The notes below the pieces were generated by a model, which worked only from the letters and a program-made list of their open reading frames with translations, was not told the origin of the DNA and ran no database searches. A stretch of DNA of 64,000 bases from a virus: the IMG/VR virus record IMGVR_UViG_3300046674_000532. One strand, given 5' to 3'. The position numbers were made by a program, and so were the translations under genes. Shown in pieces: positions 44,989 through 54,189 of the stretch (its first letter is position 1; every line of letters begins with the position of its first letter).

Positions 44989-45073
44989 GGCGTCACCTTA
45001 CTGACTCTCCTGTCGCTCCTGTCACCCGGTTCGCCGTTCCTGACACGGTTTCATCCTTCCGGTGAGGTACCGG

Positions 45074-45095
45074 GATTATCACGGCGTGATAATTC
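45074..45095. repeat. parS-like palindrome copy 2
   Basis: GATTATCACGGCGTGATAATTC, upstream of parA. Confidence 0.55.
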
Positions 45096-45130
45096 GCCGG
45101 GGTCCAAGACGATCCGGCGCCGGGAAGCCG

Positions 45131-45152
45131 TGATTATCACGCCGTGATATTT
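45131..45152. repeat. parS-like palindrome copy 3
   Basis: TGATTATCACGCCGTGATATTT, 57 bp from copy 2. Confidence 0.55.
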
Positions 45153-45268
45153 GCCGGGTCCTCGAGGACGTCGTCCTCGTCGCCCTGGTCGTACGGTCCG
45201 TCGACGTACACCGGCTCCCGGAACAGGTCCTCGTACGCCGGCTTCCGCGGTGTGGCGGTCTGTGTCAT
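45137..45268 (-). CDS. acidic micro-protein (43 aa)
   Basis: 3' end of track ORF 45137..45598; ATG 45268 (ATGA overlap) after GGGAGC; its 3' end overlaps palindrome copy 3. Confidence 0.4.
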   Translation of the reverse strand: MTQTATPRKPAYEDLFREPVYVDGPYDQGDEDDVLEDPANITA

Positions 45269-45507
45269 CCCAGGCTCCCGGCGGCCGCCCCGAGGTGGGC
45301 GTGCATGTGGTGGTCGAGCATCTTGCGTTCCACGGCGGCCAGGTAGCGGTCGCGGGCCTCCTGCGGCGGCAGGTCGGCGTGCTCGAGATGGAAGTCGAGG
45401 GTGACGCCCCAGCAGGCCTGGCCCATGGTGTGGAAGTCGCCGTGGAGGAGGCACATGGTGGGGGCCGCCTGGCCGGTGGTCTGTGCGGGTGCTGCGGGTG
45501 TGGTCAA
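45265..45507 (-). CDS. His-rich hypothetical protein (80 aa)
   Basis: frame of track ORF 45265..46104; TTG 45507 after GGAGAA, alt ATG 45456. Confidence 0.45.
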   Translation of the reverse strand: MTTPAAPAQTTGQAAPTMCLLHGDFHTMGQACWGVTLDFHLEHADLPPQEARDRYLAAVERKMLDHHMHAHLGAAAGSLG

Positions 45508-45521
45508 GGGTGGTTCTCCGT

Positions 45522-46568
45522 TCAGGCGGACGTGGGTGCGCTGTAGCCGTAGCGGGCCCGGTCGCGTACGCACCGTGCGGCGATTTCCTCGGCTGCAACC
45601 TGCGGCCAGTTCGGGGTGTCGGTGGTGAGGTGCTGGACGGGCTGACTGCCGCCGAACCAGGAGTCGCCGGCCCGGTAGGGGATGCCGGGCTTGCAGTCCC
45701 AGTCCAGGGTCCAGTGCTCGCGGCGCCGGCCGCGTTGGCGTCCGATGGACCAGCACTCGAGGCGGACGGTCACCTCGTAGGCCTCGCCGTCCGGCATCCG
45801 AACGGTGGCAGGCGCCTTCGCCGTGACGGACACCTGCCGGTTGGTGACCTTGCCGAGCAGGTAGTGGCGGGGGTCGATGGGGATGCTGCCGCGCCACCAC
45901 CACGGGTCGTCCTTGGAGGAGCTGTCGCGGGGCGCCCACAGCTTCCAGTTGAGGCGGCCGCGATGGAGGTCGACGCCGGTGACCCTGGACTCGGTGGACA
46001 GGTCCCGGTTGCCGTTGAAGCGGCGTTGGATGAACCGGCCGTGGTCTTCGGTGTGGACGTAGATGGCGCCGAGCGGGCCAAGGGAGATGCTGGCGGCTAG
46101 GCACTGCTCGCTGCTACCGGAACCGACCTTGAGTTGAGCGCTGACGAAGTTGGACCGTCCGATGATGACCTGGGCGCCGACCGCGCTTTCCGGGTTCATC
46201 GACCAGTCACCGGGCAAGCGGATTCCCGCGTCGTGGCCGAGGCGGATGAGTTGCTTGCGCACGGTCGGGGACATCGGCTGTGTGGGATTAAACGGGCCGG
46301 TGTAGCGCTGTCCCAGATGCCACTGGTCAGGGTCCAGCCAGCCCTGGGGCTCGGGACGAATGCCACACTGTCCGCAGTTGATCCAGCGGGCCCGGCGTTC
46401 CTCTTCGGGACCGTACTTCGAGTCGTATCCGTCGACTACCGGCCGGTGACCGATCAGGCGGCACAGCAGGATGACGCGGGGCAGGCCGGAGAGGAAGAAG
46501 CCGCGGTTCATCAGGACCCAGCGGTCGGCGGAACGGTCCTTGCTGTAGTCGACGGTGAACCAGTGCAT
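45522..46568 (-). CDS. Trp-rich hypothetical protein, no recognisable domain
   Basis: ORF track 348 aa; mixed composition, GC3-rich. Confidence 0.65.
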   Translation of the reverse strand: MHWFTVDYSKDRSADRWVLMNRGFFLSGLPRVILLCRLIGHRPVVDGYDSKYGPEEERRARWINCGQCGIRPEPQGWLDPDQWHLGQRYTGPFNPTQPMSPTVRKQLIRLGHDAGIRLPGDWSMNPESAVGAQVIIGRSNFVSAQLKVGSGSSEQCLAASISLGPLGAIYVHTEDHGRFIQRRFNGNRDLSTESRVTGVDLHRGRLNWKLWAPRDSSSKDDPWWWRGSIPIDPRHYLLGKVTNRQVSVTAKAPATVRMPDGEAYEVTVRLECWSIGRQRGRRREHWTLDWDCKPGIPYRAGDSWFGGSQPVQHLTTDTPNWPQVAAEEIAARCVRDRARYGYSAPTSA

Positions 46569-46640
46569 AACGTCTCCCGGGGGGCGGTTTGGTTTACCGC
46601 GGTAAACCGTCTCGCAGATCCGGCGAACCCTTCCCTCCGC

Positions 46641-47087
46641 TCAGGCGGTGATCCGGTGGATCGGGATGCCGGCCTTCTTCGCCCGGCGCATGCAGTCCGC
46701 AGTGCCGGACGACTTGCCCACCTGCGCGGCGACGAGCAGCAGGGGGAGTTCGTCGATGATGGCCTGGTTGCGGCGGTGGCCGGCGACCGGACAGTACGTT
46801 CGACCGCCTGCCTTGGCGCGGCGGTGTCCGGGCTGGCATTCCGGTCCGCAGGGTCCTTCCCAGTCCGCGGGGCGCCGGCGGCGTGGGACGTGGTGGCGGA
46901 TGGCCCAGGCGTCGCCCATGGCGTCGGCCCCGTCCTGGCAGTCGCCGTGGATGAGTTCGATGCCGCTGTATCCGACCTCGAGAGCCTCGTGCCAGACGAG
47001 GAGCAGGGTGGTCTCGAGCAGGCCCGGGTCGGGCCATGTGCGGCTGCCGGTGAGGCCGATCAGAGCGAGTTGTGGGGGCGCGTTCAT
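46641..47087 (-). CDS. DUF2493-like (SLOG superfamily) protein
   Basis: frame of track ORF 46641..47501; ATG 47087 (ATGA overlap); LIGLTGSRTWPDPGLL...LIHGDCQDGADAMGDAWA pattern. Confidence 0.55.
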   Translation of the reverse strand: MNAPPQLALIGLTGSRTWPDPGLLETTLLLVWHEALEVGYSGIELIHGDCQDGADAMGDAWAIRHHVPRRRRPADWEGPCGPECQPGHRRAKAGGRTYCPVAGHRRNQAIIDELPLLLVAAQVGKSSGTADCMRRAKKAGIPIHRITA

Positions 47088-48238
47088 GCGGTGGCTCCGG
47101 CCAGGCGGTGGGCGTTGTCGTAGAGCATCCGTCCGTACAGGGCGACCGCGGCGGCCTCGCCGGCCATGACCGCGTAGTCGACGACCAGGCGGGGGTGCCG
47201 ACGGCCTAGGTCCCTCAGCTCCTGGATCTCCCCGTCCGACAGGGGCACTTCCTCGACGTCGGGCAGGACCTCGCCGTCCGGTTCCTGGCCGCGGACCACA
47301 GCGGCGGCAGCAGCGAAGGCAGCGTTCGGTGCAGTCGCGGCAGCCTCCTCGGCCTCCTGGACGGCACGGCGCGCCTGCTGGGCGGTTTCCTCGGCGAGGA
47401 CGGACTGGATGAACTCGGCGGGCTTCGCGGGCTTCCACCGGCCGACCATTCCGATCAGCTCTGCGGCGATCCGCTGGGCGTCCCAGCCGCGGTCCGTCCA
47501 CGGGCGCAGGACGAACTCGAGGCGGCGCAGCGGCACCCGCTGGGTCCAGTTGACGAGGGCGCGCACCAGCCGAATGGTGCGCATCGCCCGTTCGACGTCG
47601 CCCGCGGTGCGGCGGTGCCCGTTCTTGCTGCTGGCCTGGTGGGGGATGAATCGTTCGCGCCCCGCCTGCGGGGTGTAGTTACAACCACTCTCTACCTTCA
47701 GCTTTCCCTCTTCCTCTACCCAGGTAAGGGAAGGGGGCGCACAGGCCTCGGAACTGGGGTTGTCCACAGGCGGGTTATCCACAGGGCGGTCCTGGCCCCG
47801 CTGGTCGATGACGATCCGCGCCGTGTACCCGGAGCCGACGACCGTGTGCCCCATCGCGTGGTCGTACATGGGGGGGATGACGGCGGCGTACACGGTGGCG
47901 GTGGCGGCGTACCCGCCCATGCCGAGTGCCCGGCGGATGTTGGCCCGGGTTCCGTGCTGTACCCAGGCGAGCGCGCCCAGCTCCCGCAGGACGGCGATGT
48001 GCCGCTTGACGGTGGCCTTGTCGACGCCGAGGCGGTGCGCGGTCTCGAGCATGCAGTACCGGCCGTGCCCGGTGTCGTAGTCCATCCGCAGGGCGAGGTC
48101 CTCGGCGACCTTCTGCGTGGTGGCGTTCGCGCGGCCGTGGAGGCCGGCTGCGATCAGCCACGCGACCGCGCGAAGCCACCGTCGCGGGCCCGTTCGGCGC
48201 GAGGCAGTGCACGCCACCTCTTGGGCGGCGCCGCGCAC
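47084..48238 (-). CDS. winged-helix replication-initiator-like protein
   Basis: frame of track ORF 47084..48589; start uncertain (GTG 48238 or 48217); TAHRLGVDKATVKRHIAVLRELGALAWV wHTH; architecture like actinomycete plasmid Rep proteins (memory only). Confidence 0.45.
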   Translation of the reverse strand: MRGAAQEVACTASRRTGPRRWLRAVAWLIAAGLHGRANATTQKVAEDLALRMDYDTGHGRYCMLETAHRLGVDKATVKRHIAVLRELGALAWVQHGTRANIRRALGMGGYAATATVYAAVIPPMYDHAMGHTVVGSGYTARIVIDQRGQDRPVDNPPVDNPSSEACAPPSLTWVEEEGKLKVESGCNYTPQAGRERFIPHQASSKNGHRRTAGDVERAMRTIRLVRALVNWTQRVPLRRLEFVLRPWTDRGWDAQRIAAELIGMVGRWKPAKPAEFIQSVLAEETAQQARRAVQEAEEAAATAPNAAFAAAAAVVRGQEPDGEVLPDVEEVPLSDGEIQELRDLGRRHPRLVVDYAVMAGEAAAVALYGRMLYDNAHRLAGATA

Positions 48239-48658
48239 GGGGTGGGCCCGACCTGCACTGTATTCGATCAGGTGTTCGGTTTCGAGGGTGGTGGTGTGCG
48301 TGTCTCGTGTGGGCTGGGGGCACTGGGTGCCGCCCAACCGGGGGGAGATAAGCCGCGAATCGCCCGACGAGGGGACCCTGAGCTGACAAGAGGGTGCCGA
48401 GTGCTGCACTATGTACCTGCCGTCCTGCGGACATGCAAAAGCCCGCTCGGTGGTGAAGGTGGTTCTGGGATGAACCTGAAGGTCGCTCGAATCTCGGGCC
48501 GGTCGCCAAACCGGATCTGAAGTTCGGGCCTTAGCTCCGAGGGCCAACTCGGAGCAGTTGCACGAAGGCCGCGCACGGTGCGCCAACACCAGCGGCCAGC
48601 GGTAGAGGAAGCGCCCCCGCCAAGGGGCACCGGACCTCCCGCTCAGGAAGTTCCTAGG

Positions 48659-49102
48659 TCACTCGTTCTCCTTCACTGGTCGGATCTTGTTCGTCCGTCG
48701 GGCCTCCAACTTGGAAACGCCGTAACGGACTTCATCGGCACGATCGCAGGCGGCCAGGATGGACATCGCCAGTTCGCGAGCCGTGGTGGTGGGGACAGCC
48801 ATGAAGTCTTCCGCGACCATGGCGTCCGGTGTGGAGATGAAGACACAGTCGGCGTCGTCGGGGAGGTCCGTCGCTCGGACCAACCAGCCGTCCCGCTCCC
48901 GCCGGTAGAAGTGGTCGTAGACCTTCCTGGGCATCGGGGCGGACACTGACCACTCACGTCCCGGCATGGGGTGAGGGCGCTGGTGGACAACGCTGGGTCG
49001 GGGCTTCTCCGCGGTGTGGGCCAGGGCAAGGATCTCTGAAAGCTGCTGGCGCAGGTCTCCGAGAGTCACCTCAGCGGCCGACTGCTCGGCCGGGCTGCTC
49101 AT
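48659..49102 (-). CDS. hypothetical protein
   Basis: frame of track ORF 48659..49177; ATG 49102. Confidence 0.55.
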   Translation of the reverse strand: MSSPAEQSAAEVTLGDLRQQLSEILALAHTAEKPRPSVVHQRPHPMPGREWSVSAPMPRKVYDHFYRRERDGWLVRATDLPDDADCVFISTPDAMVAEDFMAVPTTTARELAMSILAACDRADEVRYGVSKLEARRTNKIRPVKENE

Positions 49103-49430
49103 GCTGCTGAGGGGGTAGTGGTGACAGGGCCCGATCGCGCCAGCGGTGTGATGTTCACGCCGGGATCGCGGGTCCACCTGTCTACGGGGTCACGGCCCCG
49201 GGTACTCTGCTCCATGTCGGCACCTTCGTCGCTGTTGAGTGTCGGCCCGGCCCCGCACCGGTTGTTGACGCAACCGGGATACTGCGGGGCCGTTCCAATG
49301 TCTTGGGCGCCCTGTCCGTCCAGACCACGTTCTGACTGGACGTCTGGGGCTAGGCGCAGCCTATCGGTTGGGCGTGTCATCTGTCCCCTGCCTCCCCATA
49401 CGTGTCGTCTGTACGACCAATCACACCGGC

Positions 49431-49910
49431 TCAGTGCTCCCGAGCGTCCTCGTCGTCCGCCGGGTGCCACTCCGGGGCACGCTCCGCGACCTGCCGGGAC
49501 CGGCCCGCCATCCCACCCATCGCCCGGAACCCCGCCTGCGCCAACTCGCCCTGCAACCGGGCCAGCCGGTCCCGGTTGAAGCGGGGCGCCGCCATCAACT
49601 GCCCGGCCCGCACCCCCACCACCAGCGCCCGGTCCCAGATCTCCTGCACGTCCGCCGGATCCATCCCCGGGAACAAGTCCCGCGGCAGTTTCCGCGGCGT
49701 TCCCGCCGTGTCCAACTGGGCGGCCGCGATCAGCCCGGCCAGATGCTGGCCCGTCGATGCGGCCCGCCCCGCCAGGACGAGGTCGCACATCGCGTCCTGG
49801 CCGACGTCGGCCGACCACCCGGCCTTGACGACCCCGCCAGCGGCCGGACCGCCCACGGCCCCCGTCCCGATGGAGGCGGGCAGGGAGGTGGAGTCAGGGG
49901 TGTTGCTCAT
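49431..49910 (-). CDS. hypothetical protein
   Basis: frame of track ORF 49431..50198; ATG 49910 (ATGA overlap) after GGAGGC. Confidence 0.6.
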   Translation of the reverse strand: MSNTPDSTSLPASIGTGAVGGPAAGGVVKAGWSADVGQDAMCDLVLAGRAASTGQHLAGLIAAAQLDTAGTPRKLPRDLFPGMDPADVQEIWDRALVVGVRAGQLMAAPRFNRDRLARLQGELAQAGFRAMGGMAGRSRQVAERAPEWHPADDEDAREH

Positions 49911-50833
49911 GCTGCAGCCTCCAGCGGCGTAGCGGGGAACAGGGAACACACATCGGCGACCTGGGCCAGGTCGGCTTCCATCTCGGCGAGCAGCAGATCC
50001 AACTGCCCGGGTACCTCCACGAACCGCTCCCGCAACGACAGCCGGCGCACCCGCTCCGTACGCCGCCCCGGCACACGCTGCTCGCCCTCGTCGACGTCGG
50101 CGACCGGCAGCCGGGCCAGGAGCCGCTCGAACTCCACCGCCCACAACAGCAACTGCCCGTTCGCCTCCACGGTGTGCGTCTTCACCCCCGACGGACACGC
50201 CAGCACCGACCCGTCATCCGCCACCACCAGGCCAGCGTCGACCAGGCCACGCTCCACCGCCGCGGCGAGCAGCTCCATCCGCGACGCCTCACGCGACAGG
50301 CCCATCAGCGTGACAATCGCCGACCGCTGCCAACCCGCCGTCCGCACATCCATCCGCGCCGCCGCAGCCACCCGATACGGATCCGCGTGCCCGGCCAGCG
50401 CAGCCAGAACGGCCAGCTTCTGCTCCGTCCGCAACTTCGCGTCCGCGGCCGCACCCATCACCTCGTGACGGTGCCGGATGAACGCCGTGTGCCGCTCCGT
50501 CTGCGTCTCCGCGCCCCACACCCCGTGCGGCTCCGCCAACCGCGCCACATCCCCGTCCATCACCACGGTGTTGGCGTACGCGGCGCACTGCACCATCACC
50601 GGACAGTCCAGACACACTTCGACCGCCGCGGCCTCCCGCGCCCGGCGTACCGGCTGCCTCTCCCCACCATCCACATCCGGAGCGAAATGCGCCCCCAGCG
50701 GCAGGTCCAGGTTCCCCGCCATCCGCGACGGCAGCACCGGATCCGGCGCACACCCCCGATACCGGAACCGCGGATGCGTCTCCCACGCCGCACGCGCCAC
50801 CGCCACACTCACCTGCTCACCGGTGCCCGTCAT
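49907..50833 (-). CDS. WhiB-like Cys-cluster domain fused to about 200-aa C-terminal region
   Basis: ORF track 308 aa; YRGCAPD...VCLDCPVMVQCAAYA. Confidence 0.55.
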   Translation of the reverse strand: MTGTGEQVSVAVARAAWETHPRFRYRGCAPDPVLPSRMAGNLDLPLGAHFAPDVDGGERQPVRRAREAAAVEVCLDCPVMVQCAAYANTVVMDGDVARLAEPHGVWGAETQTERHTAFIRHRHEVMGAAADAKLRTEQKLAVLAALAGHADPYRVAAAARMDVRTAGWQRSAIVTLMGLSREASRMELLAAAVERGLVDAGLVVADDGSVLACPSGVKTHTVEANGQLLLWAVEFERLLARLPVADVDEGEQRVPGRRTERVRRLSLRERFVEVPGQLDLLLAEMEADLAQVADVCSLFPATPLEAAA

Positions 50834-51132
50834 GCCGGACCCCCTTCCGAACTCGGATCACCCGAACCACTCGAACGCGCCTGCGCGGCCAACGCCGCAT
50901 CCACCACCCGATCCGCCTCCGCCAGCACCGCCCGCTGAGCCAGCACGGCATTCATCCGGGCGCGGAACTCCTCGAGGTCCCGGTCCCGGCAGCCCTCCGT
51001 CAGCCGGGCCGCGGCCTTCTCCCGGTCCAGCAGCCGGTACAGGCGCCGCAGCCGGCGCACTGTGCAGATGGCGACGGCCGCCGCGGCGAGTGCCGCGACG
51101 GCCAGAACAATCAGTAGAAACACGGCACTCAC
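50830..51132 (-). CDS. N-terminally anchored coiled-coil membrane protein
   Basis: ORF track 100 aa; TM VFLLIVLAVAALAAAAVAI. Confidence 0.6.
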   Translation of the reverse strand: MSAVFLLIVLAVAALAAAAVAICTVRRLRRLYRLLDREKAAARLTEGCRDRDLEEFRARMNAVLAQRAVLAEADRVVDAALAAQARSSGSGDPSSEGGPA

Positions 51133-51168
51133 CTTTCTCCAGGGAAGGGGACGGCCACCGGACCCCGG

Positions 51169-51462
51169 TCAGGGCCGGTACCAGGCGTTCGTCTTCACCA
51201 CGCTGTCCAGCGCCCGCAGGCCTGCCAGCTCGGCCGCATCCGCCCGCGCCCCGACCTCCGCGTCCGCCACCGCCTCGAGCGCCTCCGCATCACGGACCGC
51301 CTGCTCGGCCGTCGACCGCCGCCGCCACGCCCGCAGCTCCACCACGTTGTCCGGCACACTCGGACGGCGCTTCTCCCACCACAAGGCCACCGGCACCCCG
51401 AGCAGGGCCAAGAGCAGGATCGCCGGAATCACCCAGCGCTGGGCGTCAGAGAAAGGGGGCAT
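51169..51462 (-). CDS. N-terminally anchored membrane protein
   Basis: ORF track 97 aa; TM WVIPAILLLALLGVPVALWW. Confidence 0.6.
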   Translation of the reverse strand: MPPFSDAQRWVIPAILLLALLGVPVALWWEKRRPSVPDNVVELRAWRRRSTAEQAVRDAEALEAVADAEVGARADAAELAGLRALDSVVKTNAWYRP

Positions 51463-51536
51463 GACGGAACTCCGTTCGGCGACAGCCGGGATGAGGTGGG
51501 TGGTGGTGCGGCGGCCCGCCGGAGCGGGCCGGATGG

Positions 51537-52167
51537 TCAGGCGGCGGAAATGACCTCGTCCGCGCCATTCATCGGGATACCGAACCCGGCAGCGACAACA
51601 TGCTGGAGGACAACCGGAGTACGGGAGAAACAGGCAACAGGCGGGACGGCGGTCAGTTCTCTTCTTGATCCGGCTTGGGGGCCAGCCGAGATACAGCCGA
51701 AAGGGATATGCAGGACCTCGTGCGAGGAGTCGTTCCCTCTACTGGGCAGCTCGTCCTTCGGTACGGGGCGGTGATCACTGCTCGCCGCCCTCGGCGCCTG
51801 CGGCCAGGAGGCCGGCAAGGCTCTGGAGGTGGGCGGCCGGGCCGAGGTCGGTGTAGAAGGAGCCTGCGGGCAGCGGGGGCAACTGCGCGGGCACGGCCTG
51901 GTGCACGAGCGGCTGGTCCGCCAGACCGAGCCCCTTACCGGCGCGCGACCACGCCTGGCACGGCGGAGACCAGATCTGCTTCTTCGACCGCCCCTTGAAT
52001 GGAGCGGTCGGGTACTGGGCGACGTCGCACTGGATAGTCAGGTGGCCCGCCGCCGCGCGGGTCTTGCACGCTGCGGTGTCCCACTCCAGCCCCACATCGC
52101 GAAGGCCAAGCAGCCGCAGCCCTTCCGACCAGCCACCAGGCCCTGCGAACCCGTCGAGGATCGTCAT
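51537..52167 (-). pseudogene. DNA (cytosine-5) methyltransferase remnant
   Basis: ORF 51775..52167 carries motif I (DGFAGPGGWSEG) and motif IV (SPPCQAWS) then loses similarity and stops at 130 aa; no ENV or TRD motifs; region 51590-51780 has lower GC; whole span too short for an intact enzyme. Confidence 0.6.
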
Positions 52168-53123
52168 CAGGCGGCGCTCCTCTCTGCGGCGTTGGCCTGG
52201 GCGGCCTGTTCCTTCAACTGGGCGATGCGGCGCGTCAGGAGGTCCTCAACGCGCACGTCCATCTCGCCGACCTTCACCGTCTCGTCCAGAAGGCCGTGCT
52301 TCCTGGCGTCGGCAAGGTTCTGCTCGCACGACAGACGGTTCTTCCACCCGGCGTTGATTTTCTCCTTGAGGCCTTCCAGCGTGGTCCCCGCAGCCTGCTC
52401 CTGCCGGTGCACGTCCTCCCGCTGCTCTTCCGTAGGACTGGCAGGCACGGCATCTACCGCTTCCTGCTTCGCGGCCGCTACATCCGGCTCGGCCTCCACC
52501 TTGTCGTCCTTGAACTCGGCCTCCTTCGGCGCCTTCCAGTACGGAAGCGACGACTGCACCACCGGGGACAGACGGCCCTTGTTGTACAGGGACAGGCCGA
52601 ACTGATCACCCAGGTTGGTGGCCGCCCGCTTCAAGGCCTGCGAGTCGGCGGTCTTCAGCGCCAGGTCGTGAGCATCGGCCCGGGACGGCTGGTTCGTGGC
52701 GTCCCCGGTGGCGATGCCGTGCCAGTGGCCCAGCTCGATCCCGTCCACCTTCACCGACAGGCGAACCGCGACGCGGTAGATGACCGTCCACGCATCGAAG
52801 GGGTTCCCGTACGGGCGACCGTTCTTGTCCTTCTTCTGGTGGTCCGGGATGCAGGTCTCGGCGATCAGCGTCGACTCCAGCAGGTCGGTGTCGTGCCCGC
52901 CGAACCCGAAGATGCGGATCAGGTAGCGCCGAATGTCCCAGGCCTCCATGTGCGCGAAGCCCTTGCCGTCCGAACCCACCCGGTCCGGGTCAACGGGGCG
53001 CAGCAGCTGGGCGATCTGGAGGTCGGACAGGGTGCCCAGGCGGCGGGCCGGGGCCTGGTTTTGGGTGTGCGAGGTGGGGCCCTCCGCCGTCGTGCTGGCG
53101 AGGGCCTCGGTGGCCGGGGCCAT
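52167..53123 (-). CDS. Rad52/Rad22-family single-strand annealing protein
   Basis: ORF track 318 aa; HMEAWDIRRYLIRIFGFGG and ADSQALKRAATNLGDQFGLSLYNKG are family signatures. Confidence 0.7.
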   Translation of the reverse strand: MAPATEALASTTAEGPTSHTQNQAPARRLGTLSDLQIAQLLRPVDPDRVGSDGKGFAHMEAWDIRRYLIRIFGFGGHDTDLLESTLIAETCIPDHQKKDKNGRPYGNPFDAWTVIYRVAVRLSVKVDGIELGHWHGIATGDATNQPSRADAHDLALKTADSQALKRAATNLGDQFGLSLYNKGRLSPVVQSSLPYWKAPKEAEFKDDKVEAEPDVAAAKQEAVDAVPASPTEEQREDVHRQEQAAGTTLEGLKEKINAGWKNRLSCEQNLADARKHGLLDETVKVGEMDVRVEDLLTRRIAQLKEQAAQANAAERSAA

Positions 53124-53206
53124 GAGGTCTCTCCTATGAGGTTGTGCGAAGTACGGGGCGCGGGGCCCGGCTGGTGTCGGCGTCCAGGCCGACCCCGCGC
53201 AGACGG

Positions 53207-54028
53207 CTATGCGGCGGGCTCGCCGAGGCGGTCCTTCAGGATCGCCACCGCGATCGAACCGGGGAACATCTTGTAATCCAGGGCCTCAGATACCCGCGGC
53301 TCCACGTCACGGAGCTGCTCGAGCAGGTCGGCGTTCACCCGGACCGGCAGCCACGTCGCATCGTCCAGCGACCGGCTACCCGGCGCCGCCTTCGACGGAC
53401 GCGGCGGCAGCCACTCCCCGCCGGCCAGCGAACGGATCCCGTCCTCCAGAACCTTCTGCAGCGCCACGCCCTGACGGCCGGACTCGGCAATGAGGTGCTG
53501 CTCCAGGGGCTTCAGGACCCGCAGCTTCAGCATCTCCACACCGACCGGACTGTCGACGCCCAGCTCCTCCGTCATCCACAGCAGAGCGATACCGCCCTCC
53601 GTGATGGGATAGCCGGCCTCCTCCGACAGCGACGCCAGCCGCTCCTGCACCTGCGCCCGCAGGTCCGCGTCGATGTTGACGGTCATCACCGCGCGGCCGG
53701 GGCGCCGTTCACCCTTCAGCCAGCGCTTCGTCTTACGCTGCGGCGGCAGCCACCTGCCCTCCAGCACCAGTCGGTAGCCGTCCTCGACCACATCGGTCAG
53801 CAGCACACCCAGCTCGTCCGCAGCCGCCCTCAGGGCGTCCCGCATATCCGTGTTCGTGGTGATGGTCAGCGGCGACTTGCCGGGCCCGTCAGCGGGAGCG
53901 GCGTCACGCAGCAGCGTCCACCCGCCCCGCACCAGGACCGCCCGGACATCGGCAGCCGAGTCGGGATGGCCGGCGTCCTCCAGACGCTGGGCGGCGAGGG
54001 TCAGACGGTCGTGGATGGGACGGGCCAC
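53207..54028 (-). CDS. hypothetical protein with internal duplication
   Basis: frame of track ORF 53207..54199; GTG 54028 after GAGAGGA; two similar halves (VEDGYRLVLEGRWLPPQRK...NIDADLRAQVQERL vs LEDGIRSLAGGEWLPPRPS...RVNADLLEQLRDV). Confidence 0.55.
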   Translation of the reverse strand: MARPIHDRLTLAAQRLEDAGHPDSAADVRAVLVRGGWTLLRDAAPADGPGKSPLTITTNTDMRDALRAAADELGVLLTDVVEDGYRLVLEGRWLPPQRKTKRWLKGERRPGRAVMTVNIDADLRAQVQERLASLSEEAGYPITEGGIALLWMTEELGVDSPVGVEMLKLRVLKPLEQHLIAESGRQGVALQKVLEDGIRSLAGGEWLPPRPSKAAPGSRSLDDATWLPVRVNADLLEQLRDVEPRVSEALDYKMFPGSIAVAILKDRLGEPAA

Positions 54029-54117
54029 GTGGAGCGGTCCTCTCGGATGGCACCTCCCCGGCTCCTTGCGGGCCGGCGGGTGCGTGGGGGCGTTGGCCAC
54101 GCCAGTTTCCTCCAAAC

Positions 54118-54137
54118 GGCAGTTCAATGCCATGCCC
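54118..54137 (+). promoter_or_regulatory. degenerate copy 5 of the palindrome (operator-like only)
   Basis: GGCAGTTCAATGCCATGCCC aligns to the 5' half of the motif; no credible -10 follows. Confidence 0.4.
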
Positions 54138-54189
54138 GGAGGCTCTGGCAGTGGGGCGGCACCCCAACAACCCCAACGATACTGCCACA

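Noticed and set aside
54118-54153. Motif copy 5 as a functional promoter
   Set aside because: Its -35 equivalent is GTTCAA, and the -10 position reads CTGGCA. I kept it only as a degenerate operator-like copy.
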